Source of the DNA: Chrysemys picta bellii
Taxonomy: Eukaryota
Direction of reading: 5' to 3'
Assembly: GCF_011386835.1 (NCBI RefSeq)
Contig: NC_088791.1
Coordinates: forward strand, 86,428,001 to 86,492,000
DNA: 64,000 nucleotides
How positions within the stretch are numbered: position 1 is the first letter of the stretch; each line of letters opens with the position of its first letter. Below, in pieces: positions 36,585-49,734 of the stretch. Under the pieces are notes generated by a model. That model was given only the letters and a program-made list of their open reading frames with translations. It ran no database searches and was not told where the DNA came from. The position numbers and the translations under genes are program-made.

Positions 36585-38404
36585 ATATAGATGTACTTAT
36601 TTCAGCACCTCTGATGTCATCATTATTCTTAGGTGCAGTGCATGTATTGCCTGCCTATCTGACTGCCTTTGTTATGGAAGTGTCCATGATATTACTGTGT
36701 GCGCAGTGCATGTAAAACATTTTAGAACATATTTCCATTTACAGACACTGAATAATCTAGGTTTGCCATTATCTCACAGCCTCATATTGCTATTTTGCTG
36801 GTATCACGAGGGTATATAAAACCAGTTTTTGATTTAGACAACAGTTTGCAATTTAAACACCTATTTACACATGGGTGCACCACAGTACACCTCCTGTGGT
36901 ACAAATATGGATTTTGGCTGACTACCATTTCCTGCTTACACTGCTTGAGTGGTGTAACTTACAAATACCTCATCAGACTAACGCGACATTCTGAATCTCA
37001 CTCAGAGACTGCAGAATTTATTAAACAAAGTTCAGGAGTATTCTAAATTCAAATACATCATGTGAATTTCCTATTCTGACTTATTATAACTGACTTATTC
37101 ATACTTGCATCCCAAGAGATGCCCATTTCAAAACAGAAGTAGACTTAGCAAAAGAGTAGTGCCTATTAATAGGGGTGAAGAGAAAGGAACATGTTCAAAA
37201 ATGTAATGGATAAATTCTGTCTACCAAGTTACATCTTTAACAAGCACTGTTGTTGCCATGGCAAGGGTTTCTAATGTAGAATAAAAATCTGCTGTTAGAG
37301 ATTTGTGTATAGCTATGGTAACAACCAAATTATGACACCTGTGCTTCTAATCTCTTCAAATTCTGCTTGTGTTTGATCTGGAAAGATGCTTTTAGCAATA
37401 TACTCTGCACATGTGTAATAGCTATCCAAAACTGTATCCTCAGCACTGAATTCCACATAATCACTCAGTTGACAAACCTGGCAATCCAATTTCAGTGATA
37501 TTAGTAGCGTATCCAGTGAGCTTTTCTTGTGCTTTCTTACATATTTATGCAAGTTGGAGCCACCTGCTTAGGAGGATGGTAGGAGGATGGCACCTTGTTT
37601 GGCAAAAAAAATGGCTTTGACATACTGGGATACTTTGAGTGTCAATGATATCACTTGTATTTTCAAGGTGATAAAACATGATGATAAGCCAGATAAAGTC
37701 ACAAATTTCCAGTATTTTAGCTCTGAAATGGAAAATCAATAGAACAGCAACCCATTACTTCATACGGCAGACAACAGTGCTCTGAACAAGTGTCAGCTAC
37801 TGGAAGGCAATGTGGTAGCTGCAGATTTCTTTAAAGAGGTGCTGCAGTATGTTCTCACTCCAGTAAATGTTATAGATAGGTACACTGGATCTGCATGGGA
37901 GATGTAGTAATGTGATTATTAAGCAGTTTATCAAGAACATGGGATATTGCACAACCTTGTATTTTCTCTACTGTGAAACTCTAGTCACCAATAGCAACAC
38001 AAATAAGGAGCAGCAATGGCCAGCTGTGTTACCTCAAACTCTCCCACTAGAACCAAAGGGACCTGACTCCAAGGGAATCTGCTCTCAGTGCCCCAAAATG
38101 CTATGTACACAAACATCAAATGCCACTGACAGCACAAGCCTTTCTGAAGCCCTTAAGTTTTCCAGAGGTCACTACCAGATTTTTTGAGCCACCAATAATA
38201 TTTTGTTTTGCTTCATCCCACATCATTTTAGTCTTCGTTTTAGATGCACTTTGGCACCTGACTGGACTCCTCCACCTAACTACTGGTTCACTACTGACAT
38301 CTATCTAACGGCATTTACTGCCACCATTTTTCTCTTGTGCCTCATCTTGACCCTTGTCTTTGTCCTTCTGGTATGTACTAGTACTCTTTTTCATCACTCA
38401 TAAC

Positions 38405-39071
38405 TAGGGCCCTACCAATTTCACGGCCATGAAAAATGCATCACAACTGTGAAATAAGCCCTTTCCCATGAAATCCAATGTCCTCTTGTTCCTAGGAGCA
38501 CCCCAGCAAAAGTGGCTCCTAGCTCTGGCTGGGTTATGGAGGGACAGGACTTGTCCATCCCTTGCACAGCCGCTTGGGGGGATGGAGGGACTAGACCCAC
38601 CTCCAGGTGCCTCCACCTGCTGCAGGACGCTCTGGGACTGGGCAGCAGAACCAGAGGCTCCTGCAGCTGGAGGAGACTTGTGGAGTTGGGTTCGATCCTC
38701 CCTGTGCTGCTGGGAGCGCCCCAGCAAAGGGGGCTCCTACCTGCTAGTCCAGGCAGGACTGCGGAAGGACAGGACTTGCTCTTTCCCTGCAGGGCTGCAC
38801 TTGGGTATCTCTCCCAGCTGCAGATAGCTCCGCGTCCCTTCCTCGCCACTCTGCCAGCTCTGAAGGCAGCACAGATGTCAGGGTGGCAATCCCATGACCC
38901 CCCTACAACAGGTTTGTGGCCTCCCCATAATCCCCTTTTGAGTTGGGAGCCCCATGGTTACAACATCATGATATTTCAGATTTAAACATCTGAAAACATG
39001 AAATTTACCAATTTTTAAATCCTATGGCTGTGAACTTGACCATAATGGACTGTGAATTTGGTAGGGCCCTA
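38405..39071. mobile_element. hAT-type MITE
   Basis: TIR tagggccctacc / ggtagggcccta. TSD ctcataac / ctcatgac. Confidence 0.9.
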
Positions 39072-39289
39072 CTCATGACCATCTTCTCTGCATCACTGAC
39101 CTCCCTGTTTATCCTTCCCTGTGTCTCCTGCTCTTTAATCCAACCAATTAGTAACCTCTCTTCTCCACACAAAAAAATCATTTCCCTTATTACAGAAAAT
39201 AAACTCAGTCATTTTAAAAAAATTACCGATCAAATCAATCAGTTAAAAAGGTGCTGTAGAGTTATATTCATCTTCAAGATCTGTTCATG

Positions 39290-39430
39290 ACATCCCTAGA
39301 TTTCAAAGCCAGAAGGGGCCATTATAATAATTTAATCTGACCTCCTGCATAACATGACCAGAGAATTTCACCCAGTAACTCCTGCATTAAGACCATAATT
39401 TCTGGTTGAGCTAGATCATCTCTTCTAGAA
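39290..39430 (-). mobile_element. CR1 3'-end fragment
   Basis: tagatttcaaagccagaaggggccattataataatttaatctgacctcctgcataac, the antisense CR1 tail. Confidence 0.7.
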
Positions 39431-41559
39431 AGCTGCTCAATGCCCTTCTTTTAGTAACCTTTGTCCTCTCTTCCCACAATCCCTCCCTATTATTTGTTTT
39501 CTCCTAGTCATTCTTCTCTAAACTTTGCTTTTTGGGGTACAGACCATAACCCTGATTCTCCAATATGTTCGAGTTCTACCCAGACTCACTCAGGGCTGCC
39601 CAGTCCCAGCATAAATTAGAGTGGAAAGATCCTGTAGCAGATTGAGTACAGCAGAGCTCAGCTCTCCAATGCTCCTTCGCATCGTGGATACACCCTCAAC
39701 CTGTCCTGATTCTTCTACATTAGGGATGGAAGGATGGCTGATGAAGAAGTCAGCTATGTTATCTCTCCCAGCTCTATGCCAGTGGAGATTTCTCCAACAG
39801 AGTAGGAATTCTCTACGGGAAATCTCTGGCATGTTTAGAGCCACTTTGTGCTGCATAAAGTGCAAAGTGGCCTTAGCAGACCATAGACTCTGTTCCCATT
39901 ATAGAGCCTACCATACTTTGGAACATGCAGTGAATAAATATTAACGAGAAAATTGCCTTAGATGGTCTTGAAGGTAAACCAAACAAACAAAAAATAGAAT
40001 TACTTTACACAATTCCCTAAAAAGGGGCTCAGAATTGGGGTTCAGGTTCATGAAGTATTAAATCTTCCCTGGAGAGACTGGGGAAGGATAAGGGCAGCAG
40101 CATAAGGATAATGGATGGACAGGACTTCACACAAAAACTCCACTTACATGTCACAGTGCACTGATGCAATTATATGAAACGGACAAATGCTGGTCAAAGC
40201 ATGCAGCCCTAATGTTACAGAGAGGGTAAAAGATTAACATATTTAAGGTATGCATGCTGGCAAAAGATTTTAAAAAATTACACAACCCTGCTGGTTGCAA
40301 GATTCAATGTCACTATGGAATAGCCAAAAGTTATGGTCAATTGCTCCTTCAGTCTGCAAAGATCAGTATATGGATGGGCTAAGATTCACAGCAATCACAG
40401 GCTGGTTCCCAAGGAATCTGTGTATCTGTGTTCCCCCTACAAGTTCACAACACTGGCAACATGGCAATCTGCCCTGTAACGTGCACATATGAAACCTCAA
40501 TATTGATGCAAAAATGATTTTTCATTAATAAATTAATGATACCATGCAATAACCATATGATTATGATTAAGGCATTTTAGTGTTTGTGGTCCTGAATTAG
40601 AGTAAACTGATTTTTAAAGACACCTTTGGTCTTCTGCCCCCGTGTCATGGTCTGTTGCCTGTCACTACAGGGCAGAATAAGGTTGCTTGGGCATCCCAAC
40701 TTTGAATTTCCATATTGTAATATGTTTGTATTTCTTACTTTTAAACATAACTCTGAAATTTCCTAGGTTTATGATGTTTATTTCTGGAATAATTACAATG
40801 CCCCTGTAATGTATTTTACCCCATCTCATTTTCCAGCACCACAATCCCTCATTTATTGCTTTTGAAAATGTAATATTCTGAAGATCATGAACAAGCACAT
40901 TATAGTGCAGTTTAAGAAGCACTGATATAAAGAAATAAAGCTGATTTTGGATATCCAGTGCATGAATTTCATCACTGCTCACATCATAGCTCACATCATT
41001 TCAGATAGATGAAATATTGCACAATATCACCCATGATAAATACACATTTCAATAACTTGCTGATGTTAAAGTTCTGACTGAGTAACTCAACTCTGCACTA
41101 CAGCAAGAGGAAACATTTATTTTTTTCTTTGCAAATTTGTGAGAACATTTGCAAAATGAGTGAAAATTGTTGCAAAATATTATGCATATTGCAGAAAGTT
41201 AATACACAGTATAAATGCATTAAGAAGTTCTGTCAGCTTGTCTTGCTTGTGGGAGAGAGAAGGTTGAGTAGGAAGCAGTTATGCTCAGAGAGTGCAGTTT
41301 ATTCTTTACTATGTAGTGCATCAGAGAATAGCAATGGAGGAAGAAAGGTCAGTAGCACTTAACAATCAATCCAATGATGCATACCAGTGTGGACAACTTA
41401 TGCTCCTGGGGCCAAATTCTTCTGTGAACAGCTCCAGTGAAGTCCAATGAATTTGCCCCTTTACTGATAACCCATCATCACAAAACAAGTGAAAATAAAG
41501 AATAAGTCTTCCTCCAAGTAGATACCAAGATTAATCACCACCACCATGGGCAAAATAGA

Positions 41560-44150
41560 GATTAGAAACTAGTGGTGGTGAGGTGGGGGGTTTCACACAT
41601 TCCATGTTTTAAGGAAGAGTATGGCTAAGTAGTGCCCACAAGTCTTATCTTGAAGGAAAGCCTTGTCTTCTACAAATTCCAGGATAGCTCCAATCAAGGA
41701 CATGTTCTGGTTAGGGTAGATTTTCCCCAGTTTTTCTGCAGACCTAAGGACTGAAACAGACTGTATATTTGCTTCAAAGATTCCTCCCAAGACTCGATAT
41801 GTCTGAGTTTGAAACAGTCAGTTGTCCAGATATGGGTGCATGTGGATTCCATGACATGTGAGAGATGCTGCCACTACTGCCAAACACTTGGTTAACACTC
41901 CTACTGCTGTAGCAAGACTAACGGGTAAATCTTAGTAATGACAGCTCATAGGCAAAAACTTAAAATATTTTAGGTGGTCTTGATTGACTACAGTATGAAA
42001 ATATGCACTTTTTAGTTTGTGAGTCCAGAACCATTTTCAAGGCAAGAATAAGTTCAAACTTTGAATGCTTTCTGGTGTAACTGGTCAATTTCCTTAAGTT
42101 CATCATGAGGCAAAGGTTTTTTTTTTTTTTTCTTGAAATAAAAGTAACTCAGAAGCAGCTCTTCCTTTTGTACTACTCCAGGACTATCCTTCTGTCCAGC
42201 CTATGCTTAATAAGGAATCCACTTCTGATCTGACCAGTGCTTCCTGAGATGAATCCCTGGAAAAGGAGATGTGGGTGGAGGGTTAGTTGGAAGATGGCAT
42301 GGAATGCAACTGGATTGGGTACTGAACTAAATCATTTTCAACAATTAAAAATCTGTGGTAATTCCACTCCATGAAGCTAGTAAATGGATGAATCAGTTTC
42401 CAAAATGAATTAGAGACAAACTGAACCTTCTGTCCTGGGCAACTTGTCAGACTGGCTGTTTAGAAGCAGAATAACTCCATCTCTGTTTGAAGTGCCTTTT
42501 CTTTACCCCATCTCCTCTGCTGCTGGTAATATTAAGAATTCTAAAGAAGGATAAAAAATATCCAATGAAGGGTACTGACTGGTATCTAAAGGAAGACTAA
42601 GTAAAGCTTGTTTTCCTCTGAATAGATTGAGTCAGTCTGAGAGACCTTTCAGTAGATCTAGCTTCCTTCATCTTTCCAAGGCTCTCACCAGCTTTAGATT
42701 GGGGGGGGGGGGGGAGAAAAAAAAAAGGAAATTTCCATCAAAACAGAAATTTTCCACTCAGGCGTGTACTTCAGCTGATTCCCAGAATACCTGAGAAGTA
42801 GACTGTACTCCCTAAGAAATCAATCATTTTAATCTCTTTCTCACATGGGACAGTTTGTGAGACAACTTATTGACTTCATAATGCATCAAAGATCTAGAAG
42901 GAGGGTGAGTGAAGAAATACTGAAAGGCCTGCTGACAAACCTGGTTTAAGTTATTTACCTTCATGACAACTGCAGGTGCAGATGCTGGGGTAAACCAGAA
43001 ATCACTAGCAGGGTAGAACAAGCTCTTGGAAGGGTTGCCTTCCCTTGCTATTAAGTCTTCAAAATATGGAAGAGATGATGTGTCTTCTCTTGAATCATGG
43101 TGCTGTCTGGCTCCAAGGATTTTATAACACTTCATAAAATAGCCTGTAGGTACCAGGAGGGGACTACTACACTGATAAAGAAATGTTATTTTAATGAAAA
43201 GTGGTAGATGCTGTACCATCCTGACCAACATAAGATTGATTGTCATTACCTCTTCTTCATCTGAAACAGATAAGTAACCAGAGCGGAGAGAGAAAAACAG
43301 TGTCTATAATTGATGGTGGCAATGAAGAAAGTGGTCATTCCTCCTAGCAATTTGGGAAGGGTCAGAAGAGTGAGTTCCAACAGGGTTGTGAGCTGGCCTC
43401 TTTTGGTCTCCTGGTGTTGAGAGGCTTTTGCTAATATGGTCACATACCCCAAAGGTTAATCTGAAGGCAAGTAAAGAATCTCCAAAGGGTTGCACCAAGA
43501 GGCATGAGAACCCTCTGAATAGAAAGAACATGTACCGCCTGGAGGCTGAAGCTCCTTTGTCTCCAAAAGCTGCTTAGCTGAGCCCCAAAGTACATCCCAA
43601 ATGATGACAAGGCCCACCTAAATGGCTCCCAGAACCAAGTTACTGAACAAGAGTCTTGCTCATCCCTTCAGATCAAAAAGAGGGTTTCTACCAGATCATG
43701 CCAATGAATAATGAACATCCTGAGGAAGCTGGAGCCTATGGCACAGCTGATGATCTCATATGACCTTCAAAAGACAGAGAGCCTCCCCCGGTCCTAGGGA
43801 TTGGACAGCTGGTGACACCATGGGAGCTGATGAAGCCAGAACTAAGGTTTCCAAATCAGCCCGTGCGCGCCTTGGATCCATGGTTTATGAAGCATCTCAA
43901 GTTTTCCAAGAGTGTGACTGGTCAATGAGACATGGACTCTCACCTCATGCTTGTGGGGATGTATCATCCCTACACCAACCTAATGGAAAGTTCCATGAGG
44001 AGGTAAGGGTCACGATGGGACGCCACAGGTGTTTATCAAGTTTTCCAATAGGTGGCCTTTGTTCAAACAATGCTGGTAGTTCAGGAATCTCGTTGCCTAA
44101 TATTTTCCTAATATCTCTTAAAAATAACTTTAATACCATTAAAGCTGCAT
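41560..44150 (-). mobile_element. DIRS (tyrosine-recombinase retrotransposon) copy B: degraded gag and RT
   Basis: Minus frames: DDTSPQA, FWFTPASAP, YFFTHPPSRSL (gag); ISFSRDSSQEALVRSEVDSLLSIG, VLTKCLAVVAASL, MHPYLDN*L, IYPNQNMSLIGAILE (DIRS RT). Confidence 0.85.
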
Positions 44151-44766
44151 GAAGTTCTTTATATATCACCAGTTTACATAAGTTTTAATTCTTTAAGCAC
44201 AGAATAGCTATTTTCCAACTTTCTGAAGATTTTCATTTGTTCTGTGTTGAAGAACTTCATTTCTACATTAATTTGGTGTGGCTAAGCTTGTACAGAATTC
44301 AGTTTTACTCCAAAATGTATGGTCAACATTTAAGTTGTTTCCCTCTAACCTCATAACATATTTGGTAATCACACACATTATTAATAATTAGCATATCCAT
44401 GCCATTATTTGGTGTTTAAAACTAAATATATCAAACCACATTGGTCATGTACTTTATCCGCTCCGCATGGAACCCCACACATGCTCTGTTTCCTCTTACT
44501 GTTATGTTTACAAGGCAGGCAAGAGAAGAATCAATGCCCCCTCTAAGAGCTAGAAACAAATAAGACCCCAAATCCAAAAGGCTTCATTAACTAGAGGTTT
44601 CTCTGGTGCCAAGAAGCATTAAGAAATTTCTCTCACCAGTTGATTTTTGGTAGGTAGCAGGAAATAAAGCCATCAGCACAAAAGATGTCTCTGTACCAAC
44701 AGTGTTCAGAATTGGTTTCAGACTGGGGTCTAGAAGTCTTACATACTCCCTTACATATTCAGACCT

Positions 44767-45130
44767 GTCACAGATTCACAGGGTTTGGTCTATACCCTGA
44801 CCTTTAACCAGTCTCATGGGAGTACCCCTTTAGTATGCTGGACCCCAAGGATCCCCACAGGGACAGGCCCATGAACTGTACAACACCAGAACAGGGGCTT
44901 TAGGCACCAGAAATGCCTGCCTGTGTCTCTCTGTGGCTCCTTGCAGCAAGTCCAGCCACTCCAGACTCCTGCAAGAGACTTTTCCCACCTTTTCAGGGCA
45001 CAATGCTCTCAGTCAGTATCTGCAGCAACACCAGTCAGCCTTTTAAAAACAAGGTAACAATTAATTAGTTACCTGGAATACAGAATTTGAAAGTCCTTGG
45101 GTTAGCAGGAGAAAGGCAGAAGCTAGGTGC
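44767..45130. mobile_element. Probable LTR remnant
   Basis: Begins tgtcacagattcacagg with LTR-like composition. Right boundary and TSD not identified. Confidence 0.35.
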
Positions 45131-46188
45131 AACACAGGGCATTATTCATTCCCTGCTTCCTTGTGCTCCATTCCTACTGTCTCTGTCCCCTTTGTCTCCA
45201 GAATGCCTCTGTGAGCCCAGTCCTTAATACAGACACCTAACACTTTCCGCCTTTGTTTTCTAGCTCTGCTTCCCTGCGGAAAGGTAGAGGGAACATCCTC
45301 CTCTTGGCTATTGTTCCTAGATGTGAATGTCCCAGCCATTGAGGTTTTTATTGTCTTTTCCAAATCCTCCATTCACATTCATAGGCTCTATTCAGTTTGT
45401 TAATGATTCTGATCTCCAAACAGATGGATATGTGAGTCAAATATCTCCTCCCTTCCCTTTACACTCAGTACACAGCAGTACAAAGCACAGAGGGAAACTG
45501 AGGTGTGCATATGAATCATAAAAATATTACCAAAATTCCAACATTTTTCACAGTATCCATAGCTGCAAATTTTGTGCAACTCCATGTGATATTTTATGCA
45601 AATTTAATGAACTAATTTACATATATCCATAAACATTAGCTTAAATGTATCATTGGAAAAGCTGGGAGTGGAATCACAGTCTTTTGACTTGCTGCTCACT
45701 GCACATTCCCCTAGGCTATGAAGCATTGTGTAGGGAAGACAAAATGAAATTTAATGTGCACAACTATGCAGAACCTCTCTAAAAATGGTTAAAATTCTAA
45801 TCTACCTTAAAAAAATCCATCAAGCTACATAAATATATTATCAGGGAATTGGCTAAAACATATTGATTCTCTGGACAAAAAGAGTAAAGTTCTCTAAAAG
45901 AATGGTTACTTAGCCACAGTGGCTATGGTTCTTAAAGATGCGTTGTCCATATATATTTCACTCCTGGTATGCATGCATCCCATGCATACAAGATTAGATT
46001 CCTTTAGCCAGCAGTGTCTGTTGGGGCCATGCCTGTGCACTTAGAGGCCCTCATGTCTCCCCACCAAAGGACGGAACAGGCCCTCAGTTTCTTTGCCCCC
46101 ACAGAATCCAGGTTTCATAAGACTATGTAATAATGAGGAAGGCACGCATGTCATGGAATACATGTGGAACTACATCTCAAAGGACACT

Positions 46189-46357
46189 AGTACTTGTGGC
46201 ACCTTAGAGACTAACAAATTTATTAGATGCATCCGAAGAAGTGGGCTGTAATCCACGAAAGCTTATGCTCTAATAAATTTGTTAGTCTCTAAGGTGCCAC
46301 AAGTACTCCTGTTCTTTTTGCGGATACAGACTAACACGGCTGCTACTCTGAAACCTG
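46189..46357 (+). mobile_element. Penelope-derived mini-hairpin inserted into the DIRS terminal repeat
   Basis: 39-bp perfect stem (46189-46227 / 46269-46307), 41-nt loop and the same tail. TSD tcaaaggacact at 46177-46188 and 46358-46369. Confidence 0.93.
46229..46268 (+). ncRNA. Minimal hammerhead motif forming the hairpin loop
   Basis: gcat-ccgaaga-agtgggctgtaatccac-gaaagctt-atgc. Confidence 0.72.
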
Positions 46358-46602
46358 TCAAAGGACACTGTTGCTGTTGGGTAAGTAACTGTTCTTTGTT
46401 AGAGTGATTGTCTAAAAATTTCCACTTCTGCTGCCTCAGTGACCTCGGAGACATGAAGTGGGTGCTTGCAATCTGTTCAAATAATAATTACAGGACAGTA
46501 CTACCAACTTGGGTATCAGATCTTCATGCTTCAACTAAGTGCTGAGTCAAAGTGTGCACTGATCCCCATTTAGCTGCCTTACAAATTTCCAAAACAGTTA
46601 TG

Positions 46603-47321
46603 TGTGGAGAACATAGGATCTTGCTAATAAGATAATCAGTCCATAGCTATAATGGGTTATTGGAATGTACTGGTTCAATTTAATAGTGGCCTGTTGGACA
46701 ACAAGCAGGAAGGTAACACAATAACTCAGACAAGGAACAGCAGTAGAAACAGTTGAGAGACAATTGCCATGCTATCAGCTGTGAAGAGGTGACTTCCAGG
46801 ATCCAACACAAATGACACAGCTGCTTTGCCAAGGTGATGAGCCACCAGATAGAAAGGACCCCCTACAGAAAAGGAGGAGGAGTGAGTTGTCAGCAGCTGC
46901 TCTATGGGAGACATTGATGGGGAGCCTCTGACAGAGGCAAAGACTATGGCTGGGGAGTTTGTTACCAAAATTTGCAAGGAAGGATTAAGATTTACGCAAG
47001 ATCAGATGTGTATAGACTTTGGTTGTTTTAATCCTTTTCTCTGATTGCTACGTATCTTTATGTGAATAAACATTGTGTTTGTTGTGAAGAAGCTGTTTTG
47101 AGTCACTTTAATCAACTGCTCCTTGCGGGAAGTTTCTTGTAGGTGCCAAATAGAGTTGGTTGAAACAGGGGGTCTATTACCATGTGAACCAGACTAAGAC
47201 TGGTAGAATTCTGGGGTTCCACCCAGAGAAAGATGAAAGTAGCAAAACCTGTCACCTGAGGGGTGTACTTGAGAGTGACTGCAGAGGGGGGTGAGAGGCA
47301 GGTCTCCCTGTAACTGTGACA
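46603..47321 (+). mobile_element. Solo LTR inserted into the DIRS recombinase
   Basis: tgtggagaaca...tgtaactgtgaca, with AATAAA at ~47066. Homologous to 51265-52079. DIRS YR sequence resumes on both sides. Confidence 0.7.
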
Positions 47322-48289
47322 GTAGGTTTCTCAGGGAAACCACAGAAGCTGCCTGAATCCTGGTGGAATGGGCTGTAACCCGCATGGATGGATCTAATCT
47401 AGCTAGTGCATAGCATGATTTAATGCCGTTAGAAATCCATTTAGATTGTCTTTGGGTAGATATTGCCTGACCTTTCCCTACAAATAGCCTAGGGAAGCTG
47501 CTGAATGGCTCAATTCTTTCAAGGTAATATGAAAAAGCCTTAACTACATTATAGGGTATCCAGTCTGACTTCCTCCTGGTTGGAGTGGGGCTTGGGAAAG
47601 AACATTGGCAGGTGAATCTTCTGTTTCAAATGAAAATCTGAAACAAGCTTAGGAAAGGATTTTGGATGACATTTAAGAGTCACTTTGTCTTTATGGAACA
47701 CTGTGTAAGGTGGATCTGCCATAAGTGTCTGAATTCCTCCTACCCTTTGGGAAGATGTTATACCTACTTTTAAAAAAAGGTCATTCTCATGAATAGATGA
47801 AACAGTGAGCATGTTGCTTGTGGCTTAAAAGCAGAACCCATTAAATTGGCTAAAACTATATTAAGATCCCAGGAAGGGGGGATTTCCCGGACCAGGAGAA
47901 AACATGAATTAGGTCCTTAAGGAATCTAGCAGCTGTAAGGTAAGCAAATATGGTGTGTCCCTGAATAGGGGGATTGTGCACTAATATTTCTGCTAAGTAT
48001 ACCCTTATAGACCTGATGTATAACTGTACATTCTTTAGGGATAGAAAATAGTTCAGAACAACAGGGATTGGAGTCTGAAAGGAAGACTGGTGGTACTGTG
48101 CTGCCCAGACACAGAATCTCTTTCATTTAGCTGCATAGATCAGCTTAGTAGAGTCCTTCCTACTGTACACTAATATATTCTGAACTTCAGTAGCTTCTTT
48201 CAATGGGAGTTAACCAGCCAGTGTCCATGCTGTCAGAAGCAATGATGCTGGGCGATCACACTGGGTAAAACCAGGAATGTTATCTGGGG

Positions 48290-48683
48290 CTAAGCTGACA
48301 ATTAGATTTGTTGAAACTAAAAATTTTCACAGAAATGTATCGGCTTTAAAAAAAACCACATTTGTTGTTATAGTTGCTCAGGTCCAGAATGGAATTTCTG
48401 GTAAAAAACAGAGAGAGGGAGACACTGCAGAATAGCCAGTAGCACAGCAGTTATGGCACTCGTGGAATAATTAAGAATCAGGGGTCTCCCACATACCAAG
48501 TGAGCATCCTAACCACTGGGCCATTGGGTGTGTGTGTGTGTGTGTGTGTCTGTTTGTCTGTCTCTCTTCTCTTTCATGACACATTTTGAAAGGTTGCCAT
48601 TTCAGCCTGATGTGGAACAGGAAAGGTTTTTGAAATCTTAAGATTTTTCATGGGACAGGAAAAACATTTTCTGACCAGCTCTA
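48290..48683. mobile_element. TAGAGCTGG-family DNA repeat containing a tRNA-SINE
   Basis: Ends aaaacattttctgaccagctcta. Confidence 0.5.
48425..48527 (-). mobile_element. tRNA-derived SINE head
   Basis: Minus strand tggcccagtggttaggatgctcacttggtatgtgggagacccc (A-box). A (TG)n tract is adjacent. Confidence 0.6.
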
Positions 48684-49734
48684 ACCACTATTGCAGAGTT
48701 CTGTCTGAGTTTCCTCAGGACCCTCAGGATTAAAGGACTTGGTGGGTGAGCGTATGTTATCCCTGGACTCCACAAGATGATGAAAGCATCCAACAGAGAA
48801 CTTGGGCTCAGGATTCTACCACCGCCATTCCCCCCAACTCCCCAACACACACACCCATTGAACAGGATGTTCTGCACTTCTTGTTCTGGTCTGTAGGAAA
48901 CAGGTCTGTTGATGTGTATCTCCACCTGGAGAAGATGCTCTGCAGAATTGAGTTCTTGATAGTCCATTCATGATCACGTGTGAATTGCCTATTAAGCTGG
49001 TCTGCTAGGACACTGTGTAACCCTGGCTGGTGCAGAGCTACTTGTGAGATTTGGTGACAAATCCAGTTCTAGGGACAGGTTTTTTGTTTTGCTTTTTAAA
49101 GAGGGATGACTGGGGTCTTCCCTGTCCATGACATAAAATGTTGTTGTGTTGTATGTCATGACCTGTACTGTTTGTCCACATAGCATGGGAAGAAATGCAG
49201 TACACACTAAATGAATAGCTCTGAGCGCTAGAAAGTTTATGTGAAGGTGAGTCTCTTTGTGAGTTCAGATATCTTGAGTCTGTATGTGATCCAGTCCAGG
49301 TGGACTCTCCATCAGAGCATAGAAGCATTGATCACTAATGTATTGGTAGGTAGACATGGAGAAAACAGTACCCCTTTACATACCTGAAGAGGGTTCCTTA
49401 CGCCAATTTAACAATGAGAGAGAAGGCTTCTCTGGGGACCTGCATTCTCATTTCCATGTGATGTCTGTTTGGCAGATACACAGATTTCAACCGCCCTTGC
49501 AGAGAAAACAGGTGAAATCTGGCATGCTGTTTGATATTAGTACAAGAGGCCATATGACCCAGAGGTCTGAGACAAACCCTTATCAATGTTTGAAGCTGAG
49601 CCTGCAGCTGGTTGATGAAATCCATTAAGGTGTTAAACCTATCCATTACTTCAGGATTCAAATGGCTTATTTAAAATTTAATTTTGAATGTTCAAATAAC
49701 TGTGGAAAAAATAACTCTTTACATCTATAGCTAG

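Larger units (their letters stand above)
45901..49660 (-). mobile_element. DIRS copy A: gag, RT, RNase H, methyltransferase and tyrosine recombinase remnants plus inverted terminal segment
   Basis: RT N-term (DGESTWTGSHTDSRYLN), RH (AFLPMLCGQTVQVMTYNTTTFY), MT (TDLFPTDQNKKC; YAHPPSPLILRVLRKLRQ), YR (ITSSQRVGGIQTLMADPPYTVFHKDKV...FPKPHS; EICKAAKWGSVHT). About 80-bp inverted repeats at 45901-45980 versus 46141-46390. Confidence 0.9.

Noticed and set aside
37313-37739. Minus-strand ORFs of 79 and 64 aa as further ANKS1B exons
   Set aside because: No similarity to ANKS1B or any family I recognise, and no convincing splice-site pair.
38404-38985. Cluster of overlapping 107-157-aa ORFs
   Set aside because: GC-rich interior of a hAT MITE bounded by TIRs and TSD.
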